Below, one piece after another: positions 32,775 through 40,947 of a DNA stretch of 43,030 nt. Origin of the DNA: Candidatus Curtissbacteria bacterium RIFCSPLOWO2_02_FULL_40_11 (GTDB lineage: Bacteria > Patescibacteriota > Microgenomatia > Curtissbacterales > GWA2-41-24); NCBI GenBank assembly GCA_001776505.1, contig MFBV01000001.1, forward strand, positions 862-43,891, read 5' to 3'. The notes beneath the pieces are model-generated. The model worked only from the letters and a program-made list of their open reading frames with translations, did no database searches and was not told the origin of the DNA. A program made the position numbers and the translations under genes. Every line of letters begins with the position of its first letter. Positions within the stretch are counted from its first letter, which is position 1.

Positions 32775-33224
32775 ATGTCAGCCATTTCAGAAATCCCACA
32801 TAACCAAGAAACTTCACAAAAACGTACGCACGATGTAGATGGAATTGTATTTATAGTGCAGGGAGATGGCAGTGTATCGGGAGTAGGTTGGCAGGGCAGG
32901 TATTTAATCTTTGGACGGAATCAGTTGAATTTGCTTCAGCGAGTCGTCAAAAAGGTGGGTTCTCTACCGTCTACTCAATTAGAAGTCGCAGGCATAATAA
33001 CAGTATCTAAAGAAAGCGGACATGAGCCAGTTGATGTGTTTGTAGAACAAAGTGGCAATTGGGTTAGAGGAAGTGATTTTGCCGGCAGCGTTTCTCTTTC
33101 AATGGCGACAAGCGACTCTGAAGCATTGGCGCATACCCTTAGTGAACTAGATGTTCTTTTAAAAGGAGAAGATTTGCACAAAAGTCATTTTTGTGAAGAG
33201 TACGGTATAGTTGATGATGATTAA
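32775..33224 (+). CDS. Hypothetical protein, 149 aa
   Basis: Uninterrupted ORF with ATG start, followed by a terminator-like hairpin. No recognised motif. Acidic C-terminus. Confidence 0.6.
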   Translation: MSAISEIPHNQETSQKRTHDVDGIVFIVQGDGSVSGVGWQGRYLIFGRNQLNLLQRVVKKVGSLPSTQLEVAGIITVSKESGHEPVDVFVEQSGNWVRGSDFAGSVSLSMATSDSEALAHTLSELDVLLKGEDLHKSHFCEEYGIVDDD

Positions 33225-33244
33225 TGTAAGTTAAATTATTCCTA

Positions 33245-33283
33245 AGAAGACTTGCTTTTTCCCTATTGTCTTCTCAATTTTTT
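33245..33283 (+). terminator. Putative intrinsic terminator
   Basis: AGAAGAC (33245-33251) pairs with GTCTTCT (33268-33274), followed by caaTTTTTT. The 16-nt loop weakens the call. Confidence 0.4.
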
Positions 33284-33360
33284 CGCGTTAAACTTCTGGC
33301 ACCAAGCATTAAAGAAGCCCTACTTCACTCTGTTATGCAGAGCTTCGAAGGGTAAAGGAG

Positions 33361-33756
33361 GTGAGAGAAAATTTGATTAAAAATTTAGAAAGTTTAACTC
33401 TTTTTACCCAAAATGCCAAAAAACTGGCAGGTTTTTACCGCGATAAAGTCGGTCTCAAAGTTAAGTTTGAAGCGGTTATGGGAGAAAATGATGAAGAAAT
33501 GTATGACATGTCTGTCGGCAAAAAAAGCAGTCTTTACGTAATTGACCATTCAAAAGTTAGAGGCAAAAACAAACAACCGGAGCGAATAATTTTTAATTTG
33601 GAAGTTGATGACATCAAAAAAGAAACAGCCAGATTAAAAAAAGCCAAAGTAAAAGTTGTGCAGGATACCTACCACGTAGAAGGCTACGGGTACATTACCA
33701 CTTTTGCCGATTTAGATGACAACTTTTTCCAGCTGGTTCAGGTAAAAGCAAATTAA
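33361..33756 (+). CDS. Glyoxalase/bleomycin-resistance (VOC) family protein
   Basis: 131 aa from GTG 33361. The strong SD AAGGAGGTGA (33355-33364) favours the in-frame TTG at 33373. FTQNAKKLAGFYRDKVGLKV and GYGYITTFADLDDNFFQLV fit the VOC fold. Confidence 0.65.
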   Translation: MRENLIKNLESLTLFTQNAKKLAGFYRDKVGLKVKFEAVMGENDEEMYDMSVGKKSSLYVIDHSKVRGKNKQPERIIFNLEVDDIKKETARLKKAKVKVVQDTYHVEGYGYITTFADLDDNFFQLVQVKAN

Positions 33757-34214
33757 GCCGGCCAAACAGCGATAATCGAGCTCATTATAATCAAAGATAC
33801 AAAGCTGTAACTTACGCCAATTAAAAATAATTGCTGGTTTCTCTTTTCCCAGACAACTGGTCCAAGAGAACTTGTTACCACAAAACCAAGCCAGACTAAA
33901 AACGACAAAATAACTGCGAGAGCTATTGTATTTGCACCAACCCAGCCAATAAACACTGCAAGCACATAAGCTGTTACTAATGTTCCAACAAATGTAATTG
34001 CATACATCATCGGCATTTCTTTCTTGTCTTTTTCGATATCAGCTTTGGTTACACCTGCTGCTTTCATCCATGTTTTGCCAAACAAAGGTCCATGCCAAAT
34101 TGCACCCAATATCATACTAACAACAGCAGCAACTAGAACTGCTACATTATTTACTACAACTTCAGGCAAATTGATCACCTCCTTTAGGCAAGAATTTTTA
34201 ACAATCGATATCAA
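33753..34214 (-). CDS. DUF1761-family membrane protein
   Basis: 153 aa, 4 TM. NNVAVLVAAVVSMILGAIWHGPLFGKTWMKAAG matches the DUF1761 N-terminal signature as I recall it. Confidence 0.7.
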   Translation of the reverse strand: MISIVKNSCLKEVINLPEVVVNNVAVLVAAVVSMILGAIWHGPLFGKTWMKAAGVTKADIEKDKKEMPMMYAITFVGTLVTAYVLAVFIGWVGANTIALAVILSFLVWLGFVVTSSLGPVVWEKRNQQLFLIGVSYSFVSLIIMSSIIAVWPA

Positions 34215-34318
34215 AAATATATACCTATTTTAAAAACCGGTCAATACACAGCACTTGATTTTCACGCGGGTATTGTTCTACAATTTTTTATTAGCTGCTC
34301 AATTGAAAGGTTAGAAAA

Positions 34319-34738
34319 ATGGGAAGCATAGAAGCCGAAACAAATCGAGAAATCGAAGGAGAAAGAACTTTTCATCTACCTCTAACACAAAGAGAAGTAG
34401 GAGTTACGATACAAAGTGTCAAAACCCATCCAGTGTTTCCATATCACGTTCGGTCGGGAGAGTCTCATAGAATTGGTAATTTACTGATTTCTGCGGGGGA
34501 TCCATGTCTTGAGACAAACAGCGTTGAATTGACAGTTCAAGATTCTCATTCTGGAGATCACCCAATTTGCCTAAATGAAGTTAGGTTAGTGGACGACATC
34601 TTACTCTTAGGCTCGAAAGGATCTGCTGCACTCAGAGAGATTAAACGTGATGGAATTGTTATGTTACAAATGTCACTCTCTAGAGAAATTGAGTTGAATA
34701 TGACAATTCCTGGAAATAAAGATGCAATTCCAGAATAG
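34319..34738 (+). CDS. Hypothetical protein, 139 aa
   Basis: Uninterrupted ORF preceded by TTGATT-18-TACAAT. No recognised motif. Confidence 0.55.
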   Translation: MGSIEAETNREIEGERTFHLPLTQREVGVTIQSVKTHPVFPYHVRSGESHRIGNLLISAGDPCLETNSVELTVQDSHSGDHPICLNEVRLVDDILLLGSKGSAALREIKRDGIVMLQMSLSREIELNMTIPGNKDAIPE

Positions 34739-34753
34739 ATACCCTGATTCTCC

Positions 34754-34782
34754 TTGAACACCTAATTATCTTCTGACATAAT
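34754..34782 (+). promoter_or_regulatory. Promoter TTGAAC-17-CATAAT for ileS
   Basis: TTGAAC at 34754-34759, CATAAT at 34777-34782, ATG at 34794. The intergenic space is too short for a T-box leader. Confidence 0.45.
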
Positions 34783-34793
34783 TAAGCCTAACT

Positions 34794-37637
34794 ATGGCTT
34801 TAAAAACTCAATTTAAACGTGTTGACCCTAAGCAAAATTTTGTGGAAATGGAGAAAGAGCTTCTTAAATTCTGGTTTGATTCAGGGATTATCAAAAAATA
34901 TCTAAACCGCAACAAAAATTCTAAGAAGAAATTTTCATTTCTCGACGGGCCGATTACCGCCAACAATCCCATGGGTGTTCACCATGCGTGGGGAAGGACT
35001 TACAAAGATTTATGGCAGAGATATTTTAATATGAAAGGATACCAGCAGAGGTTTCAAAACGGTTTTGACGAGCAAGGTCTTTGGATAGAAGTTGAAGTCG
35101 AAAAAGAACTTGGTTTTAAAAATAAAAAAGACATCGAAAAATACGGTATAGATAAATTTATCGAAAAATGCAGACAAAGAGTAGAAAAATTTTCCCAAAT
35201 TCAAACTGAACAGAGTAAGCGCCTTGGTTACTTTATGGATTGGGAGAATTCATACCACACATCTTCCAGTGAAAATAATTACGCGATTTGGAATTTTCTA
35301 AAAACTTGCCACAAAAAGGGGTATCTATATAAAGGGAGAGATTCTGTGCCCTGGTGCCCACGCTGTGGTACAGCAATTTCTCAACATGAAATTCTTACAG
35401 AGGAATATCAGGAAATGACCCACAAAGCAGTTTATGTTAAGTATAAAGTCACTGGTCACTGGTCACTGGTCACTGGTCACGTTTATCTTCTTGTCTGGAC
35501 GACAACTCCATGGACTTTACCCTCAAACGTGGCCATAGCTGTTAATCCAGATTTAAAGTACGGAATCTGGATTATCGATGGGGATAAATTAATAATCGAG
35601 CAAACACGAGCTAAAGCAATTGGTGTCAAAGAAAAACCGCAAAAGATTTTCAAGGGTAAAGAACTTGTGGGCACAACTTATCAGGGTGTTTTTGATGATT
35701 TGCCTGCTTTAAAAGGAGTTAAGCATAGCGTAGTTTCCGCCAAAGATTTAGTGACAGCCGAAGAAGGTACAGGTTTGGTTCACATTGCTCCCGGTGCCGG
35801 AGAAGAAGACTTTAAACTTGCTCAAGAAAATAAATTAGGTGTGGTTGAGTCGATCGATGAATCGGCAAATTACATTGAGGGTTTCAGCGATCTAACTGGT
35901 AAAAACGCCAAAGACAATCCCGATTTGGTAATCGAAAAGCTGCGTCAAAAAGGAACACTTTTTAAAGTCGAAAATTACAAACACCGTTATCCAACTTGCT
36001 GGCGCTGCAAAACAGAGTTAGTTTGGCGAGTAGTAAATGAATGGTATATCGCTATGGATTTAAAGGATTCGGATGACGAAGAAGGCAGGAGTTTGCGAGA
36101 AGAAATGATCGATGTAGCGAAAAACATAACCTGGATACCGAAGTTTGGCTTAGATCGTGAACTTGATTGGCTTAATAATATGCACGATTGGCTTATTTCT
36201 AAAAAACGTTACTGGGGACTTGCACTGCCAATTTGGGAATGTTCAAAATGTAGTCACTTTGAAGTAATAGGTTCAAAAGAAGAGTTAAAAAAGAAAGCCG
36301 TTGAAGGCTGGGCAAAATTTGACGGGAAAAGCCCTCATAGGCCACAAATAGATGGAGTTAAAATAAAGTGTTCAAATTGCGGCCTAAAATTAACAAGAAT
36401 TCCAGACGTTGGTAATGTTTGGCTAGACGCCGGCATTGTGCCAATATCCACAATGCCGGAAAACTGGTACCCTGCAGATTTCATCACCGAGTCTTTTCCG
36501 GGCCAATTTAAAAACTGGTTTTACTCGCTAATCGCCATGTCAACTGTACTAAAAAAATCCAACCCGTACAAAACAGTCCTGGGATTTGCCACGCTTCAGG
36601 ATGAAAAAGGAAAAGAAATGCACAAAAGTCGTGGAAACGCTATCGAATTCAATGAAGCTGCCGACAAAATTGGCGTTGATGTTATGCGCTGGCTATATAC
36701 TTCTCAGAATCCATCCAGTAATTTATTATTTGGCTATCACAAAGCAGACGAAGTAAGGAGAAGATTTTATTTAATACTTTGGAATTCGTATAAATTTTTT
36801 ATAGATTACGCGAGTCTTACGAATTGGAATTGCCATAAAACACCCAGAGATATAAATAAAAAATTGACAACTCTCGATAAATGGATTTTGGCAAGTCTTA
36901 CCAAAACTACACTTACCGTTAATGAGTTTTTGAATAGGTACGATTCGATGATAGCTTCAAGAACAATTGAAGATTTTGTAGTGAACGATCTTTCTGCCTG
37001 GTATATTCGCAGATCCAGAAATAGAGTAGGGCCCACTGCAAATAAACAAGACGAAAATATTTTTCTTTCCACAATGTATGGCGTTTTGGTGACACTATCA
37101 AAACTACTTGCACCGTTCACGCCATTTATCGCAGAAGAAATTTACCGGAATTTAACAGGTGATATTTCCGTAAATCTAAAAGATTACCCTCTGGGTGATA
37201 CAAGATTAAAAAACTCTAAATTATTAAGTGAAATGAAAACTGGCCGCCAAATTGTAGAAAAAGCTCACTCTATAAGAAAAAAAGAAGGCATAAAAGTTCG
37301 GCAACCATTAGCGAGTGCAACTTATGGAGGTTTTAAACTACCAAATGATATTGAGAACATGCTGGCGGCAGAATTAAACGTAGAAAAATTAATTTTCAAT
37401 AAAAATTCTAAGATAAAACTGGATACTAAATTAACAGAACAACTTAAGAAGAAGGGTGAAACTAGAGAAATAATTAGACAAATCCAGCAAGCCAGAAAAG
37501 AAGCAGGGTGCAATTTATCAGAAATAGTTTCGGTCAAACTTCCAACCTGGCCAAAGGGATTCGAGGAAGAAATTAAAAGAGAAACCTTAGCAAAATCAAT
37601 AGAAAAAGATATAAAGCTCGAAATAGTTAGAACTTAA
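34794..37637 (+). CDS. ileS: Isoleucine--tRNA ligase (type-2-like)
   Basis: 947 aa. GPITANNPMGVHHAWGRTYKD (HIGH region), WTTTPWTLPSN, editing-domain blocks, CWRC and CSKC/CSNC zinc knuckles, GKEMHKSRGN (KMSKS region). Confidence 0.95.
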   Translation: MALKTQFKRVDPKQNFVEMEKELLKFWFDSGIIKKYLNRNKNSKKKFSFLDGPITANNPMGVHHAWGRTYKDLWQRYFNMKGYQQRFQNGFDEQGLWIEVEVEKELGFKNKKDIEKYGIDKFIEKCRQRVEKFSQIQTEQSKRLGYFMDWENSYHTSSSENNYAIWNFLKTCHKKGYLYKGRDSVPWCPRCGTAISQHEILTEEYQEMTHKAVYVKYKVTGHWSLVTGHVYLLVWTTTPWTLPSNVAIAVNPDLKYGIWIIDGDKLIIEQTRAKAIGVKEKPQKIFKGKELVGTTYQGVFDDLPALKGVKHSVVSAKDLVTAEEGTGLVHIAPGAGEEDFKLAQENKLGVVESIDESANYIEGFSDLTGKNAKDNPDLVIEKLRQKGTLFKVENYKHRYPTCWRCKTELVWRVVNEWYIAMDLKDSDDEEGRSLREEMIDVAKNITWIPKFGLDRELDWLNNMHDWLISKKRYWGLALPIWECSKCSHFEVIGSKEELKKKAVEGWAKFDGKSPHRPQIDGVKIKCSNCGLKLTRIPDVGNVWLDAGIVPISTMPENWYPADFITESFPGQFKNWFYSLIAMSTVLKKSNPYKTVLGFATLQDEKGKEMHKSRGNAIEFNEAADKIGVDVMRWLYTSQNPSSNLLFGYHKADEVRRRFYLILWNSYKFFIDYASLTNWNCHKTPRDINKKLTTLDKWILASLTKTTLTVNEFLNRYDSMIASRTIEDFVVNDLSAWYIRRSRNRVGPTANKQDENIFLSTMYGVLVTLSKLLAPFTPFIAEEIYRNLTGDISVNLKDYPLGDTRLKNSKLLSEMKTGRQIVEKAHSIRKKEGIKVRQPLASATYGGFKLPNDIENMLAAELNVEKLIFNKNSKIKLDTKLTEQLKKKGETREIIRQIQQARKEAGCNLSEIVSVKLPTWPKGFEEEIKRETLAKSIEKDIKLEIVRT
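35448..35480 (+). repeat. Heptanucleotide tandem repeat (GTCACTG)x4.7 inside ileS
   Basis: gtcactg gtcactg gtcactg gtcactg gtcac, read directly. Translated in frame as VTGHWSLVTGH just upstream of the TTTPWT block. Confidence 0.9.
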
Positions 37638-37638
37638 A

Positions 37639-38688
37639 ATGCGAGAAAGATGGGATTGGTTGTATTTCTTCCAAATTATTGCGCTCGGTTCACTTTCTGT
37701 TCTTATTATTTCAGCGATTAATCCCGTACTTGCTAGGAACCAGCTTTTATTCTGGGCTATCGGTTTATTTATATTGTTTTGGGCATCTAAAATAGACTAT
37801 CAACGATGGGCAAATTACGCTATAGTATTTTACGCAGTTAGCCTCGTTGCTTTAATCGCGCTTTTTTTCATCGGTAGCCCCATCAGGGGCTCAATTCGTT
37901 GGATAGATCTCGGTTTTTTCCGTTTTCAACCAGCAGAAATAGCAAAAGCAGCAACAATTCTTTTTTTAGCTAAGTTTTACAGCCACAATTCTGCCGGCAA
38001 ACTAACAAATCTTATATTGGGATTTGTGATCATACTTCCGGCAATAGCGTTAATTTTTTTTCAGCCTGATATAGGCAATACTTTCGCCTTCTTTATAATA
38101 TGGTTAGGTATAATTTTCGCTGCCGGCTTGAAAATTAAACACGCCATTATTTTGCTAGCAGTCTCAGCAATACTTTTGTTCACACTTTTTCAAGTACTCG
38201 CGCCATACCAAAAGGAAAGGTTAACCACTTTTGTAAATCCCGTTTCTGATCCGCTTGGTACCGGATACAATATTATTCAATCGAAAATTGCGATCGGTTC
38301 AGGTTTAATTTTCGGAAAAGGTTACGGCTACGGTAGTCAATCTCAACTACAGTTTTTGCCGGAAGCAGAAAGTGATTTTATCTTTGCTTCAATAAGTGAG
38401 CACTTAGGCTTAACGGGAGCCAGCCTAATATTAGTATTATTTACTTGGTTAATGTTTCGCACAATTAATTTTACCAAAAGCACTGATCGATTTGGTCAAT
38501 TGATAATTATCGGTATGGTTTCCTACCTTCTTGTTCAGTTTTTAGTTAACGTAGGTATGAATTTAGGTCTGTTGCCTGTAACCGGTATCACCTTCCCCCT
38601 AATTTCCTACGGAGGCTCCTCTCTGATTACGAACTTGTTTATCTTAGGAATCGTATTCGCAATAGCCAAAAAAACTACCAATTATTGA
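37639..38688 (+). CDS. rodA: SEDS-family protein, RodA-like (second copy in the window)
   Basis: 349 aa polytopic. FQPAEIAKAA, QPDIGNT, PEAESDFIFASI, GITFPLISYGGSS. The RodA versus FtsW label is inferred only from its location outside the dcw cluster. Confidence 0.7.
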   Translation: MRERWDWLYFFQIIALGSLSVLIISAINPVLARNQLLFWAIGLFILFWASKIDYQRWANYAIVFYAVSLVALIALFFIGSPIRGSIRWIDLGFFRFQPAEIAKAATILFLAKFYSHNSAGKLTNLILGFVIILPAIALIFFQPDIGNTFAFFIIWLGIIFAAGLKIKHAIILLAVSAILLFTLFQVLAPYQKERLTTFVNPVSDPLGTGYNIIQSKIAIGSGLIFGKGYGYGSQSQLQFLPEAESDFIFASISEHLGLTGASLILVLFTWLMFRTINFTKSTDRFGQLIIIGMVSYLLVQFLVNVGMNLGLLPVTGITFPLISYGGSSLITNLFILGIVFAIAKKTTNY

Positions 38689-38723
38689 AGCATGTGCACG
38701 TTTGATGGTAAAATTCCCTACTT

Positions 38724-39053
38724 ATGACAAACTGGGCAATTATTAAGAGTGGCTCAAAACAATATAAAGTGGCCGAAGGCGACAAAATAGCTGTCGAAAA
38801 GCTGAATGTTAACGGGGAAAAAACAGTAAATTTCGACGAAGTTCTTTTATTAGTTAAAGAGGATAAAGTCGAGGTTGGCAAACCTTTAGTTGAAAAAGCG
38901 AAAGTTAAGGCCAAAGTATTAGAAAACTTTAGAGAACAAAAAGTTAAAGTCGTAAAATTTAAGTCAAAGTCAAGATATTTACGGATACAAGGACATCGTC
39001 AAAATAAGACTAGAGTACAAATAGAAAAAATTTCTGCCCAAATCCCCAAATAA
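38724..39053 (+). CDS. rplU: 50S ribosomal protein L21
   Basis: 109 aa. WAIIKSGSKQYKVAEGDKI...KVVKFKSKSRYLRIQGHRQ. Confidence 0.95.
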   Translation: MTNWAIIKSGSKQYKVAEGDKIAVEKLNVNGEKTVNFDEVLLLVKEDKVEVGKPLVEKAKVKAKVLENFREQKVKVVKFKSKSRYLRIQGHRQNKTRVQIEKISAQIPK

Positions 39054-39090
39054 CTATATCAAAAGATCTCAAACTATAAACAAGTGAGCA

Positions 39091-39119
39091 TTGACAGAGC
39101 GTGAAAATCTCTGTAGAAT
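39091..39119 (+). promoter_or_regulatory. Promoter TTGACA-17-TAGAAT inside the rplU-rpmA spacer
   Basis: TTGACA at 39091-39096, TAGAAT at 39114-39119. Predicts a leader of roughly 115-120 nt ending in the SD GGAGG (39234-39238). Confidence 0.5.
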
Positions 39120-39169
39120 CCATAGAGAATTAACAAATTACTCTAATTAACCTAATCACTCTTAATACT

Positions 39170-39225
39170 TAGAATTTTAGTAATTTAGAAATTGTTTAGA
39201 AATTAGAAATTAGTAATTAGAAATT
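39170..39225 (+). repeat. Seven tandem/overlapping copies of TAG(A/T)A(A/T)TT in the rpmA leader
   Basis: TAGAATTT TAGTAATT TAGAAATT gtt TAGAAATT(T)AGAAATT(T)AGTAATT(T)AGAAATT, read directly. The last units form the hairpin AGTAATT-aga-AATTACT (39212-39228), 5 nt before the SD. Confidence 0.85.
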
Positions 39226-39242
39226 ACTCCAAAGGAGGTATT

Positions 39243-39488
39243 ATGGCACACAAAAAAGGCGGTGGCGCAACCAAAAAAAATAGAGATTCGGCAGGCAAAA
39301 GACTCGGCGTAAAGATTTTTGGAGGACAAAAAATTAAACCGGGCAATATAATTATTCGTCAAAGAGGAACAAGTTTCTATTCAGGCGACGGCACCATGTT
39401 AGGCAAAGATCACACGATTTTTGCTGTAAAAGAAGGCATTGTTAAATTTCGGAAAAATCAGGGCAAAAGGATAGTTTACGTAGTTTAA
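39243..39488 (+). CDS. rpmA: 50S ribosomal protein L27
   Basis: 81 aa. [24 protein letters not shown]...IIIRQRGT. No N-terminal propeptide. Confidence 0.97.
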   Translation: MAHKKGGGATKKNRDSAGKRLGVKIFGGQKIKPGNIIIRQRGTSFYSGDGTMLGKDHTIFAVKEGIVKFRKNQGKRIVYVV

Positions 39489-39497
39489 GAAACCTCA

Positions 39498-40328
39498 ATG
39501 GAAGAGAGTCAAGTATACGAGATAGACATAGATATGCTCCAGCCCAATCCACTTCAGCCACGTGGATTAATCACATCGGATTCACTGGTCGAATTAGTTG
39601 ATTCAATAAGGGAACACGGTGTTCTTGAGCCCCTGGTAGTAGCAAAAACTCCCGCAGGCTACCAAATTGTGGCAGGAGAAAGAAGATGGAGGGCCTCGAA
39701 GATTGCAGGCCATAGCAAAGTCCCGGTTTTTATAAAAGAAACTACCCCACAGGGAATGCTTGAAATGGCCATTATAGAAAACGTTCAGCGTGTTGACCTG
39801 AATGCTCTTGAGAGGGCACAAGCATTTAAGCGGTTAATGGATGAGTTTAATTTATCTACTGGCGAAATAGCCGTTAAGATTGGCAAAAGTGCGCCGTATG
39901 TATCAAATACCTTGAGGCTTTTAACAATACCTGATGCCCTAAAAGACGCGCTGACTTCAGGTGCGACAACTGAAGGCCATGTAAGAGCGTTAGCATCGCT
40001 TGAAGACCCTCATTTAATAGTTGAAGCATACAAAGAGATTCTTTCCAAAAATCTCTCTGTCAGAGGCGCTGAGGAGTTAGCACGCAAATTAAGGTCTAGA
40101 GAAAATATTGCGCCGAAACAACAAAAACCCACACTGAAATTGCAGAGCGAAGAGCTAGATAAGTACCAAGAAGAGTTGACCAAAAAGCTTAGCGCAGATA
40201 ACGTTAAAGTAAAGGTAAAAATCGGGCAATCTAGGATAGAAGGTAAAGTTCTAATAGTAGTAAAAGGCAAAGTCGAAGACACTTCTAAGCTAATTAAATC
40301 TGTCAGAGATGCTATAATAGGCACTTGA
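39498..40328 (+). CDS. parB: ParB/Spo0J chromosome partitioning protein
   Basis: 276 aa. LQPNPLQPR, VAGERRWRASKIAG (ParB box), HTH LSTGEIAVKIGKSAPYVSNTLRLL. Confidence 0.9.
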   Translation: MEESQVYEIDIDMLQPNPLQPRGLITSDSLVELVDSIREHGVLEPLVVAKTPAGYQIVAGERRWRASKIAGHSKVPVFIKETTPQGMLEMAIIENVQRVDLNALERAQAFKRLMDEFNLSTGEIAVKIGKSAPYVSNTLRLLTIPDALKDALTSGATTEGHVRALASLEDPHLIVEAYKEILSKNLSVRGAEELARKLRSRENIAPKQQKPTLKLQSEELDKYQEELTKKLSADNVKVKVKIGQSRIEGKVLIVVKGKVEDTSKLIKSVRDAIIGT

Positions 40329-40862
40329 AACCAGCCTGGCTCCTTTGTAGCCCCCCGACTTAACTAAAGGCCAATAAATTAACCAGACCTTCCCTTTAAT
40401 AGAGCTTCTTTTGATAGGACCAAAGGTTCTTGAATCTGAAGAAGAAGATCTATTGTCTCCCAGAACGAAGTATTCATCCTTACCTAACAAAACTGCTGTA
40501 TTGCCATTTGTTTTGCTATTGATATAATTTTCTTCGACCTCTGAACCGTTCACAATTACTTTGCCATCCTCTAATTTAATTGTGTCACCAGGTAAAGCAA
40601 TGATTCTTTTTATAAAATCCGCTTTATTCCCAATAGGTGCTTGAAAAACGATAACATCGTTCAAGTTCGGCTTTGAAAAATGATAACTAATCTTCTCGGT
40701 TAATAATAATTCCCCGCTTTCAAAATTAGGCTGCATTGATATACCTTGCACTCGATGAGGCTGAACTAGAAAAATATATACGAATAGAAATATACCAAAG
40801 GATATAAACGCTGTCTGGATTATTTCCTTTAAGGTTGTTATTAGGTTATTTTTATTATCCAT
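40290..40862 (-). CDS. lepB: Signal peptidase I
   Basis: The ORF is open to 40910, but the internal ATG at 40862 precedes the TM. GISMQPNF (catalytic Ser), KRIIALPGD (catalytic Lys), GDNRSSSSDSR. The 3' end overlaps parB convergently by 39 nt. Confidence 0.85.
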   Translation of the reverse strand: MDNKNNLITTLKEIIQTAFISFGIFLFVYIFLVQPHRVQGISMQPNFESGELLLTEKISYHFSKPNLNDVIVFQAPIGNKADFIKRIIALPGDTIKLEDGKVIVNGSEVEENYINSKTNGNTAVLLGKDEYFVLGDNRSSSSDSRTFGPIKRSSIKGKVWLIYWPLVKSGGYKGARLVSSAYYSISDRFN

Positions 40863-40947
40863 GTGTATAGATAATTTTATGTTAAAATTGCCCAAATCGT
40901 ACAGTAGCAAGCATACGTCTAAACTCGGTAAACGAAATAGTCACACG

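Noticed and set aside
32501-32785. 94-aa minus-strand ORF (and the 72-aa plus-strand ORF 32382-32600) spanning the large intergenic region
   Set aside because: Both run straight through the repeat and hairpin modules. They have no counterpart ORF in the paralogous 30530-30752 region, no plausible start context, and low-complexity translations. I treat the region as non-coding.
34739-34793. T-box or other leader upstream of ileS
   Set aside because: Only 55 nt of intergenic sequence are available, and they are fully accounted for by a TTGAAC-17-CATAAT promoter. There is no room for a T-box.
34974-34985. Non-canonical class I synthetase signatures in IleRS (GVHH in the HIGH position; EMHKS at 36615-36629 in the KMSKS position)
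   Set aside because: I recall the similar G-I-H-H variant being typical of a subgroup of type-2 IleRS in other phyla, so this is probably lineage-typical rather than novel. It needs an alignment to confirm.
39170-39225. Possible CRISPR-like or minisatellite array (TAGAAATT units); the ileS heptamer repeat at 35448-35480 was also considered
   Set aside because: The units are 7-8 nt and contiguous or overlapping, with no spacers. No cas genes are present. These are simple tandem repeats, not CRISPR.
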